The translations under genes and the position numbers were made by a program. From an uncultured Planctomycetia bacterium (GTDB lineage Bacteria; Omnitrophota; Gorgyraeia; Tantalellales; Tantalellaceae): 64,000 bases of DNA. The stretch lies in assembly GCA_964527765.1 (NCBI GenBank), contig CAZGQR010000010.1, positions 1,680 through 65,679 of the forward strand. Direction: 5' to 3'. The stretch's first letter is position 1; each line of letters starts with the position of its first letter. Below the pieces are notes generated by a model that was not told where the DNA came from, did not search any database, and worked only from the letters and a program-made list of their open reading frames with translations. Positions 33,265-42,121 of this stretch are shown piece after piece.

Positions 33265-33361
33265 AATGATAATACGTAAGTCCAGTTCATTAAACAACTT
33301 ATGATAAAAAAACAGAACGCAGACGTAATGTTAAGGTATAAAATAGTTAGTATGTGTCCAG

Positions 33362-33390
33362 TTGACTTTTCCTATGGTGTGTTATATACT
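33362..33390 (+). promoter_or_regulatory. Sigma70-like promoter for the 8.4-kb gene
   Basis: TTGACT at 33362-33367, a 17-nt spacer, TATACT at 33385-33390. It sits in the 208-nt AT-rich spacer between the giant genes. AGGAGA lies 7 nt upstream of ATG 33473. Confidence 0.5.
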
Positions 33391-33472
33391 AATATCACTA
33401 GTGTAAATTTGTAAAAAGTAAGATTTTGAGTGCGGTAACGCAGCGTGCTCTATATCTGTAAAGGAGAAGATC

Positions 33473-36400
33473 ATGATAGGTGATGGATTCAAAAAATCCC
33501 TGTTCTTCAGGATAGTGAACCTTTTTCTGGTATTTACATTCTCGTTCTACAACATAAGTTTTGCCGTCACGGAGAAGAATGTCAAACCGTCCGATTTTGC
33601 GGATCCCCGGTCAGCTTTATCCGTCGATGATATAGGTATCGCTATCGACTGCGGTACCATAAAAAGTAAATATTCCGGTGATTCCGGCAGGACGGTCGTG
33701 CACATACAGGACGCTCACTGTAATTACGAAGCCCAATCCAATATAAACAGGATGCTGGCACAGCTGACGAAGGAATGCGGGATCAATATCATATCCGTAG
33801 AGGGTTCAGAGGGGATCATCGATACCGCGTGGTTCAGAGCTTTTCCTGATTCGGAGATACGCAAGGAAGTCGCTACTTATTTCATGAAAAAAGGCGAGAT
33901 CACCGGCGCCGAGTTCTTTTCGATCATTTCAGACTATAAAGGCACCATTTTTGGCGCTGAGACACGGGACTATTACGTGAAGAACCTGAAAGCCTTTACG
34001 GAAGTATATCCTTATAAGGATATGATGGAGAAATATTTTATCAACACGCGCACGATAGCCGATCGTTTAAAATCAATAGTTTATCCTCCCAAATTAAAGG
34101 AACTGGATTCCAGGATAAAAGCGTTTGATGACAAGGAACTGGAATTAAGTGATTACGCCGATTATCTTAACAGAACCGCCTCGAAGAACAGGGTCAACCT
34201 GAAGGATTACCCCAATTTCGAGAAGCTGATCCAGACACTTGAGTATGAGAAAAAGATCGATTTTGACATAGTGGACCAGGAGCGGAGCGAATACATCGAT
34301 GCCCTTGGCAAGAAGTTGTCCAAGGAGGAAATGACGGAACTGGTGACCCAGAGTATAAGGTTCAAGAAAGGCCATATAAAAGCGGTGGAATTCTATTTTT
34401 ATCTCAGGGAACTGGCGAAAGAACATGATATTCCCATGATGCAGGAATATCCGAACCTGTTCTATTACTATATCTACACAAAACTCTATGACGGCATAGA
34501 TAACGAGAGCCTGTTCAGGGAGATCGATACCGTCGAGGCACGGCTCAAGGAAAAACTTTTCGGGGACGAGGTCCAGGAGAAACTGGACAAATACGCCTCC
34601 ATGCTCGATATGTACGTGGACCTTGTGAACATCGAGCTGACGAACGAGGATTACGATCTTTTTAAAACCTACTCGAAGGAATTCTCGCTCGGGGATGTAT
34701 TGGCCTTTTTGGAAAAATTATGCGACAAATACAGCCTGAACTACGCCATTGACGGCGTGCCCGCGCAGATCAGCGAAAACCTCCCCAATATGGTCGATTT
34801 CTACGAAATAGCCATGAAGAGGGATAACGCCCTTATCGATAATACCCTCGATCAGATGGACAGGGAAGGAAAGAACAGGTGCGTGCTGATCGCCGGAGGC
34901 TTTCATACGAGGGGCATAAAGGATATCCTTGAGAAAAAAGGCGTTTCTTACGTAGTGGTCACCCCCAAGATAACCAAGGACGTCGAGACCCCTTATATAA
35001 AGGTATTGACCAACCAGAGGACCTCTCTGGAGGATATAATCACCGAAAGCGCCGTCATGCCCGGCCCGGAAATAACGACGTCGCGTGAAGCGATCGCCCG
35101 GCCCAAAGCCGATATGCTTTCTCCCTTGCTCCGCGTGGCCTACACTGTGCCGCTCTATCTCGAGAAGACCGAAGACCTGAAGACCCTTTCGGATACGATC
35201 GGACCGATTGAAGGCAGGACGCTTCTTGAAGTTACCGAGGAATCGTATCGGGAAATGGTCAGCGCCCTTGTAAGGGGATGGCTTGTGAAGGTAAAGCAGA
35301 ATGCGGCTCCGGAAGTATGGGCCAAAGCAGTGGAGAACTGGCCGCTGCTTCTCGGAGTGTACCTGAAGAAATACGAAGAAGCCGCGAAAGAAGAAGGCAT
35401 AGAACCGGCAAAGGGGCTCCGCGTCCCCGAAGTCGTATTGACCGAAGATGCCCTGGGTACCATAAGCGAGGAATTCAGGGGGATATTCAAGGGCGTGGTC
35501 ATAGCAGAAAGGACTACGCCGGGAACGGAAGCGTTGAGAACTTACCGGGGGTACGCGCCTCTTACGCCCGCTCAGCACAAGGGTGTCAATAAGGTGATCG
35601 AAGATCTGTTCAGCTCTGTTGAGAGCCCTCAAGAAACCGTTACACTTGAGATCGAAGGCGAGAAATACCCGATCAAGGTATTCGCGCTCGAAGGTTTCAA
35701 GGAGGCCATTGAAGCATACAATGAAAGTCCCGCTTATGGCGAAACAATACCTCTGGACATAGAAGTCCACCCGGGTCGCGGGCCCTCTCACAGACTGGAA
35801 GGCGCCAGCATGTACATGTCCCTGGACGGTTATAACGCCCTGACAAAAGAGCAAATAAAACGCTTGGCATTACATGAGCTTTATCATATACTTTTTGTAA
35901 GCCAGGGGGAACAGGCTGATGAAGAAGCCGTCATCGGGGCCATGAAAGGCGATGACCTGGATGATATTCGCAAGGAACTTGCCAAGGTTGAAAGAAAAAG
36001 AGCCGAGGAGAAGCTGAAAGTGGAAGAAGATAGAATAATCTCCGAAACACCCGGCGCACGGGAAGTGCTTGACAACATAGGATTTGCCACCAGCGCGGGA
36101 GAAAAGGTCAAGATAGCCGTTGTCGTTTCCGGCAGTGAAGTGGACCAGGAGAACTGGCAGGAAAGGCTTGACCGGACAAGCTCCAACGTTTTTAACCCGG
36201 ACGGAAGTTCGCTTGTCCTTTCACTGCAGGAGAAGATCGGCGACAAGACCAGAGAAGGTAATTTTCTCGGGACACTGCTTGCCTACCGGCATATCAAGAA
36301 AGCGGCCGATAAAGCCGGTATCCCGTATAAGGATTACGTTACCATGATAGGCATGCTTTTCGGACGAGGCGAAAGGATGTCACCCATTACGCAGGCGGAA

Positions 36401-39400
36401 GGCGACCGTAAACCCGCTATTTCCGTTACTCCGGCAACTATGGAGATCAAAGGCAGGGAAGGGTCTTTAGCGGCCATTGAAGAGGCGCTGCTGTATTTTA
36501 CCCCCGTCGTCCAGTATCTCGAAAAAAGAGGGTTCAGGGGCGTCCTGGACAAGTGGGGAGATGAGACAGAGATAGCGTCTATAGACTTAACGAGAGGGCC
36601 CGGGGAAGGCGAGTCTCTCGCACAGCAAGATGTCATGAAAGTCATTTCTGTTTTAAAACTAGATGATATTACCGATCCGCAGGCAGTAGAAAAAGATTGG
36701 GTCATTTTTGACGAAGATGGCAATATGCTGGCCCAGGTATCAAGGAATAAAAATGGAGCAGACGCCCTTCGCAAAGATTTAAAAGCCAAAATGGGCGAAT
36801 TCGGCATAGATCTGGATTATGTCGGCATAAGCCTTGGTCCAGTGGCTGTCTCTTATGATGTGCTGGACATAGCTTCGGAAGTTTTCGCGGAAGAGATAGA
36901 GAAGGAAGGCATTTATTTCGACTTTGATCCCTATTTTCTTATGGCACTTGCAATGGAGGATGATCCCGCCAAGTGGGATGCTGCCGTCAAGGCGGATAAG
37001 GGACTCCAGAAGCTTGTGGACATGGTTTCCGGCTTTTTCGGGAAAGTCCAGAATATAAAGAAAATATTTAGGGAAAAGCATGGAAGGGATCTCAACCTGA
37101 AGATATTGGATCTCGGCGGTAATGTGTACTGGGCCGATATAGGCCAGCACAGCGCCATGAGGGAGAAGTATCTCGCTCTTAACGATAAAGGAGCCCGCGG
37201 CGTTATCGCCAGGAAAGTCGCGAACATCCCGGGCGTAAGGGACGAGAACGGCAATATTATCGTCGATTCCGAGATAAGTCCCGACGTCAAAGTAAAGGAT
37301 TCCGTTATCGTGAACAGCAAGATCACCGGAAAAGGGACGATAACAGGAAGCGTTATCATGGATTCGGAGCTTGATAATGTCAAGATAACCGATGCTTTTG
37401 CCGTCAGGAGCGCGCGTCTGGGCAATACCGTGCTGGAGAAAAAATGCGGCATTTATAATTCGCTGGGCGTGAATGATCTTACTCTGAAGACCATAGAAAA
37501 GATCGAGGACGGAGAAACCAAGACTTACGGCATGCGGCACATATCTGTTTTGACGAGCAAGGGAAAGATCGATATGGAAGTCGCTGAAAATACGGATCTG
37601 AGAGATAAGAAAAACACATATAACGTGCCGATTTTCGGTAATGACATTTCCTTTGAGGACGCGTATAATGAGATGTTCGGCGTAAGTATGGAGGAACTTG
37701 AAAGAAGAAGGACGGAAGAGTTGGCCAAGCTAAACAGGATAAAGGAAAAGACCAAAAAGTTCGAGCAACTAAGTTTCGGCACCAGCGGCCTCAGGGACAC
37801 GGTTGAGAACATGACCGATATGGAGTGTTATATCAATGCGAGAGGCTTTATCAGGTCCCTCATTGACCGGGGCTTACTGGAAAAAAAGGATACCATCTCT
37901 ATAGCCGGCGATCTAAGATCAAGTACCCCCAGGATCATGAACGCGGTCGCGAAGGCGGTAGAGGATGAAGGAAAAACCGGTGGGTACGAGCTTAAGCTTG
38001 ATTTTTGCGGATTTATCCCGAGTCCGACCGCGGCCTTGAGAGGAAGGACAAAAGGCAGTATCAGCATCATGGTTACCGGCAGTCATATTCCTTTTAACAT
38101 GAACGGCGTTAAGTTCTATAAGAAGTCCGGTGAGGAAGTTCTTAAGGGGCTTGATGAGCGGACCATTCTTGAGGGTGTTGCCGGTGTGAGAAAAGAAGAA
38201 TACGCAAGATCATGGGAGGAATCCCTTTTTGACGAAAAAGGCATGTTCAAGTCCTCTCCAGAGTATGACCTTACGGCCAATCAAAGTGAAACGGAAGAGC
38301 AGTACGTTAATAGGTATCTGAATGCTTTTCCCAAGGATGCTCTTGCAGGCGTTGAGGTCGTTCTTTATGAACATTCGGCGGTCGGAAATGACATATTGAA
38401 AAAGATCTACGAACGCTTGGGCGCCAAGGTGATCGCTGTGGGAAAGAGCGAGAAGTTCATAGCTATAGATACGGAGAAGATCACTCCGACTTTGAAAGAT
38501 ATATTGGAAAAGTATTCCAATCCAGTGACGCTTTCAGAAGAGCTTACCAGCGAGAGGGAATGGACAATACAAATGATTACAAAAAGGCCTTTTGCAGTTA
38601 CCTTTACTGATGGCGACAAGGATAGGCCGGGCTTAGCAGATGAAAACGGAAACTTCCTTACAGGCGATAAACTGGGGCTTCTGGTCGCCAAACTGCTAAG
38701 GCCGACTTTTGCCGCTATTCCCGTAAGCAGCAACAAGGGCGTTGTCGAAGAGCTTAGGAAAATGGGAATAAAAGTGGTCCTGACAAAGATCGGATCGCCG
38801 CACGTTATTAAGGCCATGAACGATGAACTTGCCGTGAACCCGGATGCCAAAGCTTTGGGCTGGGAAGCCAACGGAGGATTTTTGCTCGGCAGCACGTTCG
38901 CTATCCCGGGAGGCGGGGAGCTGACAAGACTTGCCACCAGGGATGCCGTATTGCCCCTGGTTTCCGCGATATACCTGTCCAAAAACCCGGGCAAAATCCT
39001 GGGCAAAAAAGGCCCCATGAAGATGTCTGAACTTATCGACACGGAGATCCCCCATATTTACAATTACGCAAGCGTGTACGACAAGTTCCAAGAGCGTTTC
39101 AAGACGGACAGGGCTACCGCGCTCGCCACGATGAGGGCGATAGTGCCGGCACTGGCGCCGAAACTGAACGACGACAAGGTAGTCGCTATTGATTTTGATG
39201 AAGGAACAGCAGAAAGGCGCATAGAAAAGGAAATAAACGGTGAGAAGGTCCTCACCTTCGAGACCGAAAAAGTAAAGATCGACGACCTGTACAAAAAAGA
39301 TGATCCGGATCTGAAAGAATGGTATCGCGTCAAGGAAAAACTCGGGGAAGTGTTCACCTCCGAGGCGGGATTTGCCGAAGTAAAGTCCGTGAACATCCTT

Positions 39401-41875
39401 GACGGCGTGCAGGTGACTTTCAGAAACGGCGAGATCTCGCATCTCAGGCCTTCCGGGAATGCTCCCGAATTCAGGAACTATGCCATGGCCGCCGGGCAGG
39501 AACGCGCCGAAGAGATCGTAGCGGTTGGCGTGGAAGACATTATTCCTGTGTTGGCTGATGAAGTCTGGGCCGCCAGGGCACATAAGACCGTTGAGCGTGC
39601 GTTGACGCCCGGCATCTATACGGTCAGGACGATGCCGCCCAAGGATACACCGGCTGACAGGGTTCTCTATGCTATACTGCAGAGAAGGGAACCCGTGGGC
39701 GTTCTGCCCTATAAACAGCCCAAAGTCTGGGGTGTTAACGGTATCGGTGAATACTGGTACGGCGCCGAGATCGGCGAGAAAAGTTCGGTCGCCAAAGTGG
39801 GCGAAGATGCTGTCCCGATGGCTGAACTGATGCAGTACGCGCCGGAGGAAATACTGGGTGAGGCGGTAACGAGGAATTTCGGGGAAAGACTTCCCTTGGT
39901 GAAGATATTGACACCGAAAGACAGGCTATCACTGCAGTTCCATGATGCCAAGAACGAACTCTGGATAGTGACGGGTATTGACAAGTCCCTGGCGGGAAAA
40001 ACACCTTCGATCATAGTGGGCTTTAGCCAGAAAGCCGTCGATAAATACGGCAGGGACGTAACAAAGGAATACGGCAAGGCTCTTGAGAATTACGGCGAGA
40101 AACTTAACAAACTTATTGATCTGCTTGAGACGCGCGGTTATAAAGATCTGCTCGGGGAGACCAGGAATGTGGTCGTAGCGGCACAGCGTGTCATGGGGAA
40201 AGAACACGATATCAAGGAAGCGCTTGGGCAACTGTATAGCGCGCGCGGTCAGCTTGAAAGCTTTTATAACTACCGCGCAGTCAAAGTCGGAGACGTTGTT
40301 CCTGTGCCGGCGGGGACCTTACACGCTTTGACGGCAGGGATAGAGGTCGTGGAACCGCAGATAGCCGGCCCGACGCAGTCTCTCGAAGACGGAGCAACAT
40401 ACCCGGTGAGATATTATTTTCCCGGATACCAGAGACCCGGCGCGCAGAAGAAACTGGACATTGACAGGGTAGGCGAAATGAACCCCGCGGTCGTAAGAGA
40501 ATCCGAACCGGAGATCATCGCCGAAGGGGTAGAACGCCTTCCGGGCATGTTCGAAAGGAAGGGTCTGGAGGTACACAGGATAACGCTCGAGAAAGGGCGC
40601 GAGCTGAAGGTTCCTGAATCTACCAGTTTTCATACCCTGGTCACGGTGAAGGGTAAAGCCAGGGTTATTATCGGCGAGAAGACTTACGATATACCGAAGG
40701 CCTCTCCCGGCGGAGAGATGCTTATCATACCCGCGACTGTTGCAAGTTATAAGATCATTGCGGATGAACCGTCGCAGGTCATTGATACGTTCACGCCGGT
40801 CGCCAAGACCCAGGAGGTTCCCGTGGCTACGGGCGATAAAGTGCCGGGGACAGACGAACATGAATGGACAGAGGGAATCGTCTATGCGGACTATGAGAAT
40901 GATATGGTCCCCGATACCTACGTTCGGCTCGACATCATCGGTGTCAGGGAAATGCGGGATATGAAACAGGAGCACACGCTTATTGTGCAGAGCGGCAAAG
41001 TTAAGATTACCTCGCCCGTTGAAGAAATACCCCCGTTGGATGAGGGCCAGAGCTATACATTTAAAGCGGATTATCCCGATTATAGAATAGTCAGGTTAAG
41101 CGACCAGCCCGCCCGGGTCAAGATCGATTTCGAGAATACCAGAGCGGAAAATATAGTTTATGCGACTTATGATATGGTCAGGAAGCATATAGATACCATT
41201 AAAGCGGCGCAGATCGACCTGATCCTGCCCCAGGAGATGTTCGTTCCGGGCGGCAAGAATACGCCCGGGTCCGCCAAGTGGGAACAGGAGCAGCTGCAGA
41301 AATTCATAAGCGACAGGATAAGGATCACCACGTACAGCGCGCGCATGGGGCTTGAGGAAGCTGCTGGCAAATCGATCAATGAAGGAGCCGTGGGCATTCT
41401 GGTGGCGACCGAGTCTAACATTAGGGAAGCCGACAGAAATAACGCCAAGATTCAGGATTTTCTGTTCGGGAAAAAAGGAACAGTAAGAGTGCTTGCCATC
41501 CCGGATATCGACAAGGCGGAAGAGCTGGAAGGCAAGGGATGGTATTTCAACAGGGAAGTCGAGGGAACAGCTCTTCTTCTGGCAGCCGTTACCCCTGAAC
41601 AGATAAAGACGAAGGGCGAAGGGAACGCGGCGGATGACCTGCAGAAGCTTATGACACAGCTGACCGGACAGGTGATCCCGAGGGAATATCTGTATTACAT
41701 GCTTTCACATGACGAGATGGGCGACGCGAGAAACAAGCTTCCTGCCGCTTTTAAGGAAGATACTTTCGGCTGGCTGCTCTTTCTGGTGAACAATCTTCTT
41801 CTTAAGATGCCGATCAGGCCTTTTGACGCGACTGACCAGCTTTACCAGAGACGGAAGGTCATGTGGTCCGTCTAA
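33473..41875 (+). CDS. Giant fusion protein (2,800 aa). N-terminal anchor + conserved N-module; NDP-sugar pyrophosphorylase-like + LbH; alpha-D-phosphohexomutase (PMM/PGM); type-I phosphomannose isomerase (PMI); C-terminal region.
   Basis: Uninterrupted 8,403-nt ORF with a good SD. The domain motifs are listed in the sub-features below. Confidence 0.9.
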   Translation: MIGDGFKKSLFFRIVNLFLVFTFSFYNISFAVTEKNVKPSDFADPRSALSVDDIGIAIDCGTIKSKYSGDSGRTVVHIQDAHCNYEAQSNINRMLAQLTKECGINIISVEGSEGIIDTAWFRAFPDSEIRKEVATYFMKKGEITGAEFFSIISDYKGTIFGAETRDYYVKNLKAFTEVYPYKDMMEKYFINTRTIADRLKSIVYPPKLKELDSRIKAFDDKELELSDYADYLNRTASKNRVNLKDYPNFEKLIQTLEYEKKIDFDIVDQERSEYIDALGKKLSKEEMTELVTQSIRFKKGHIKAVEFYFYLRELAKEHDIPMMQEYPNLFYYYIYTKLYDGIDNESLFREIDTVEARLKEKLFGDEVQEKLDKYASMLDMYVDLVNIELTNEDYDLFKTYSKEFSLGDVLAFLEKLCDKYSLNYAIDGVPAQISENLPNMVDFYEIAMKRDNALIDNTLDQMDREGKNRCVLIAGGFHTRGIKDILEKKGVSYVVVTPKITKDVETPYIKVLTNQRTSLEDIITESAVMPGPEITTSREAIARPKADMLSPLLRVAYTVPLYLEKTEDLKTLSDTIGPIEGRTLLEVTEESYREMVSALVRGWLVKVKQNAAPEVWAKAVENWPLLLGVYLKKYEEAAKEEGIEPAKGLRVPEVVLTEDALGTISEEFRGIFKGVVIAERTTPGTEALRTYRGYAPLTPAQHKGVNKVIEDLFSSVESPQETVTLEIEGEKYPIKVFALEGFKEAIEAYNESPAYGETIPLDIEVHPGRGPSHRLEGASMYMSLDGYNALTKEQIKRLALHELYHILFVSQGEQADEEAVIGAMKGDDLDDIRKELAKVERKRAEEKLKVEEDRIISETPGAREVLDNIGFATSAGEKVKIAVVVSGSEVDQENWQERLDRTSSNVFNPDGSSLVLSLQEKIGDKTREGNFLGTLLAYRHIKKAADKAGIPYKDYVTMIGMLFGRGERMSPITQAEGDRKPAISVTPATMEIKGREGSLAAIEEALLYFTPVVQYLEKRGFRGVLDKWGDETEIASIDLTRGPGEGESLAQQDVMKVISVLKLDDITDPQAVEKDWVIFDEDGNMLAQVSRNKNGADALRKDLKAKMGEFGIDLDYVGISLGPVAVSYDVLDIASEVFAEEIEKEGIYFDFDPYFLMALAMEDDPAKWDAAVKADKGLQKLVDMVSGFFGKVQNIKKIFREKHGRDLNLKILDLGGNVYWADIGQHSAMREKYLALNDKGARGVIARKVANIPGVRDENGNIIVDSEISPDVKVKDSVIVNSKITGKGTITGSVIMDSELDNVKITDAFAVRSARLGNTVLEKKCGIYNSLGVNDLTLKTIEKIEDGETKTYGMRHISVLTSKGKIDMEVAENTDLRDKKNTYNVPIFGNDISFEDAYNEMFGVSMEELERRRTEELAKLNRIKEKTKKFEQLSFGTSGLRDTVENMTDMECYINARGFIRSLIDRGLLEKKDTISIAGDLRSSTPRIMNAVAKAVEDEGKTGGYELKLDFCGFIPSPTAALRGRTKGSISIMVTGSHIPFNMNGVKFYKKSGEEVLKGLDERTILEGVAGVRKEEYARSWEESLFDEKGMFKSSPEYDLTANQSETEEQYVNRYLNAFPKDALAGVEVVLYEHSAVGNDILKKIYERLGAKVIAVGKSEKFIAIDTEKITPTLKDILEKYSNPVTLSEELTSEREWTIQMITKRPFAVTFTDGDKDRPGLADENGNFLTGDKLGLLVAKLLRPTFAAIPVSSNKGVVEELRKMGIKVVLTKIGSPHVIKAMNDELAVNPDAKALGWEANGGFLLGSTFAIPGGGELTRLATRDAVLPLVSAIYLSKNPGKILGKKGPMKMSELIDTEIPHIYNYASVYDKFQERFKTDRATALATMRAIVPALAPKLNDDKVVAIDFDEGTAERRIEKEINGEKVLTFETEKVKIDDLYKKDDPDLKEWYRVKEKLGEVFTSEAGFAEVKSVNILDGVQVTFRNGEISHLRPSGNAPEFRNYAMAAGQERAEEIVAVGVEDIIPVLADEVWAARAHKTVERALTPGIYTVRTMPPKDTPADRVLYAILQRREPVGVLPYKQPKVWGVNGIGEYWYGAEIGEKSSVAKVGEDAVPMAELMQYAPEEILGEAVTRNFGERLPLVKILTPKDRLSLQFHDAKNELWIVTGIDKSLAGKTPSIIVGFSQKAVDKYGRDVTKEYGKALENYGEKLNKLIDLLETRGYKDLLGETRNVVVAAQRVMGKEHDIKEALGQLYSARGQLESFYNYRAVKVGDVVPVPAGTLHALTAGIEVVEPQIAGPTQSLEDGATYPVRYYFPGYQRPGAQKKLDIDRVGEMNPAVVRESEPEIIAEGVERLPGMFERKGLEVHRITLEKGRELKVPESTSFHTLVTVKGKARVIIGEKTYDIPKASPGGEMLIIPATVASYKIIADEPSQVIDTFTPVAKTQEVPVATGDKVPGTDEHEWTEGIVYADYENDMVPDTYVRLDIIGVREMRDMKQEHTLIVQSGKVKITSPVEEIPPLDEGQSYTFKADYPDYRIVRLSDQPARVKIDFENTRAENIVYATYDMVRKHIDTIKAAQIDLILPQEMFVPGGKNTPGSAKWEQEQLQKFISDRIRITTYSARMGLEEAAGKSINEGAVGILVATESNIREADRNNAKIQDFLFGKKGTVRVLAIPDIDKAEELEGKGWYFNREVEGTALLLAAVTPEQIKTKGEGNAADDLQKLMTQLTGQVIPREYLYYMLSHDEMGDARNKLPAAFKEDTFGWLLFLVNNLLLKMPIRPFDATDQLYQRRKVMWSV
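33680..34960 (+). other. Conserved N-terminal module (paralog of 3760..5070)
   Basis: VVHIQDAHCNYEAQ ... SVEGSEGIIDT ... FPDSEIRKEVATYFMKKGEITGAEFFS ... LIAGGFHTRGIKDILEKKGVSYVVVTPK. Confidence 0.7.
36100..37450 (+). other. NDP-sugar pyrophosphorylase-like module with C-terminal left-handed beta-helix
   Basis: KIAVVVSGSE ... MLFGRGERMSPITQAEGDRKPAISV is a UDPGP-like G-rich loop. The LbH hexads are IVDSEISPDVKVKDSVIVNSKITGKGTITGSVIMDSELDNVKITDAFAVRSARLGNTVL. Confidence 0.5.
37760..39500 (+). other. Alpha-D-phosphohexomutase (phosphomannomutase/phosphoglucomutase) module with all four family motifs
   Basis: FGTSGLRD (N-terminal GTSGLRG). TGSHIPFNMNGVKF is the active-site Ser loop T(A/G)SHNPxxxNG.K. 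FTDGDKDRPG is the metal loop DGDGDR. GWEANGGFLLG is the sugar-binding GEESGG loop. RPSGNAPEFRNY is the phosphate-binding R.SGTEP..R.Y loop. Confidence 0.85.
39700..40500 (+). other. Type-I phosphomannose isomerase (ManA-like cupin) module
   Basis: RLPLVKILTPKDRLSLQFHDAKNELW parallels ManA LPFLFKVL...LSIQVHP.K..E, which carries the Zn-ligand Gln/His/Glu. VVPVPAGTLHALTAG parallels the ManA C-terminal IPAGTPHAY His ligand. Confidence 0.6.
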
Positions 41876-41927
41876 CGATATGCCGCCGCGCGGTGCAACC
41901 GCGCTTTACGTAAGTATATAAAAATAA

Positions 41928-41959
41928 AAAGGGTAGGTGAATAGCCTGCCCTTTTCATT
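41928..41959 (+). terminator. Intrinsic terminator after the 8.4-kb gene
   Basis: Stem GGGTAGG(41931-41937) / CCTGCCC(41945-41951) with one G·U pair, a 7-nt loop, then TTTTCATT. An additional GC hairpin lies at 41887-41904. Confidence 0.5.
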
Positions 41960-42121
41960 CTATATAAATATATACACCTATATAAATGTAAGTTATATCG
42001 GCATGCGTTTAAACCTTTTATAAGGTCTTTATAATATGATAAGTTGACAGGGTAAGCGAATTTTTGTAAAATAAGTTCGCCTTTCTTCCTGTTCGAATAT
42101 CCGGAAAACCAAGGACGGTTA

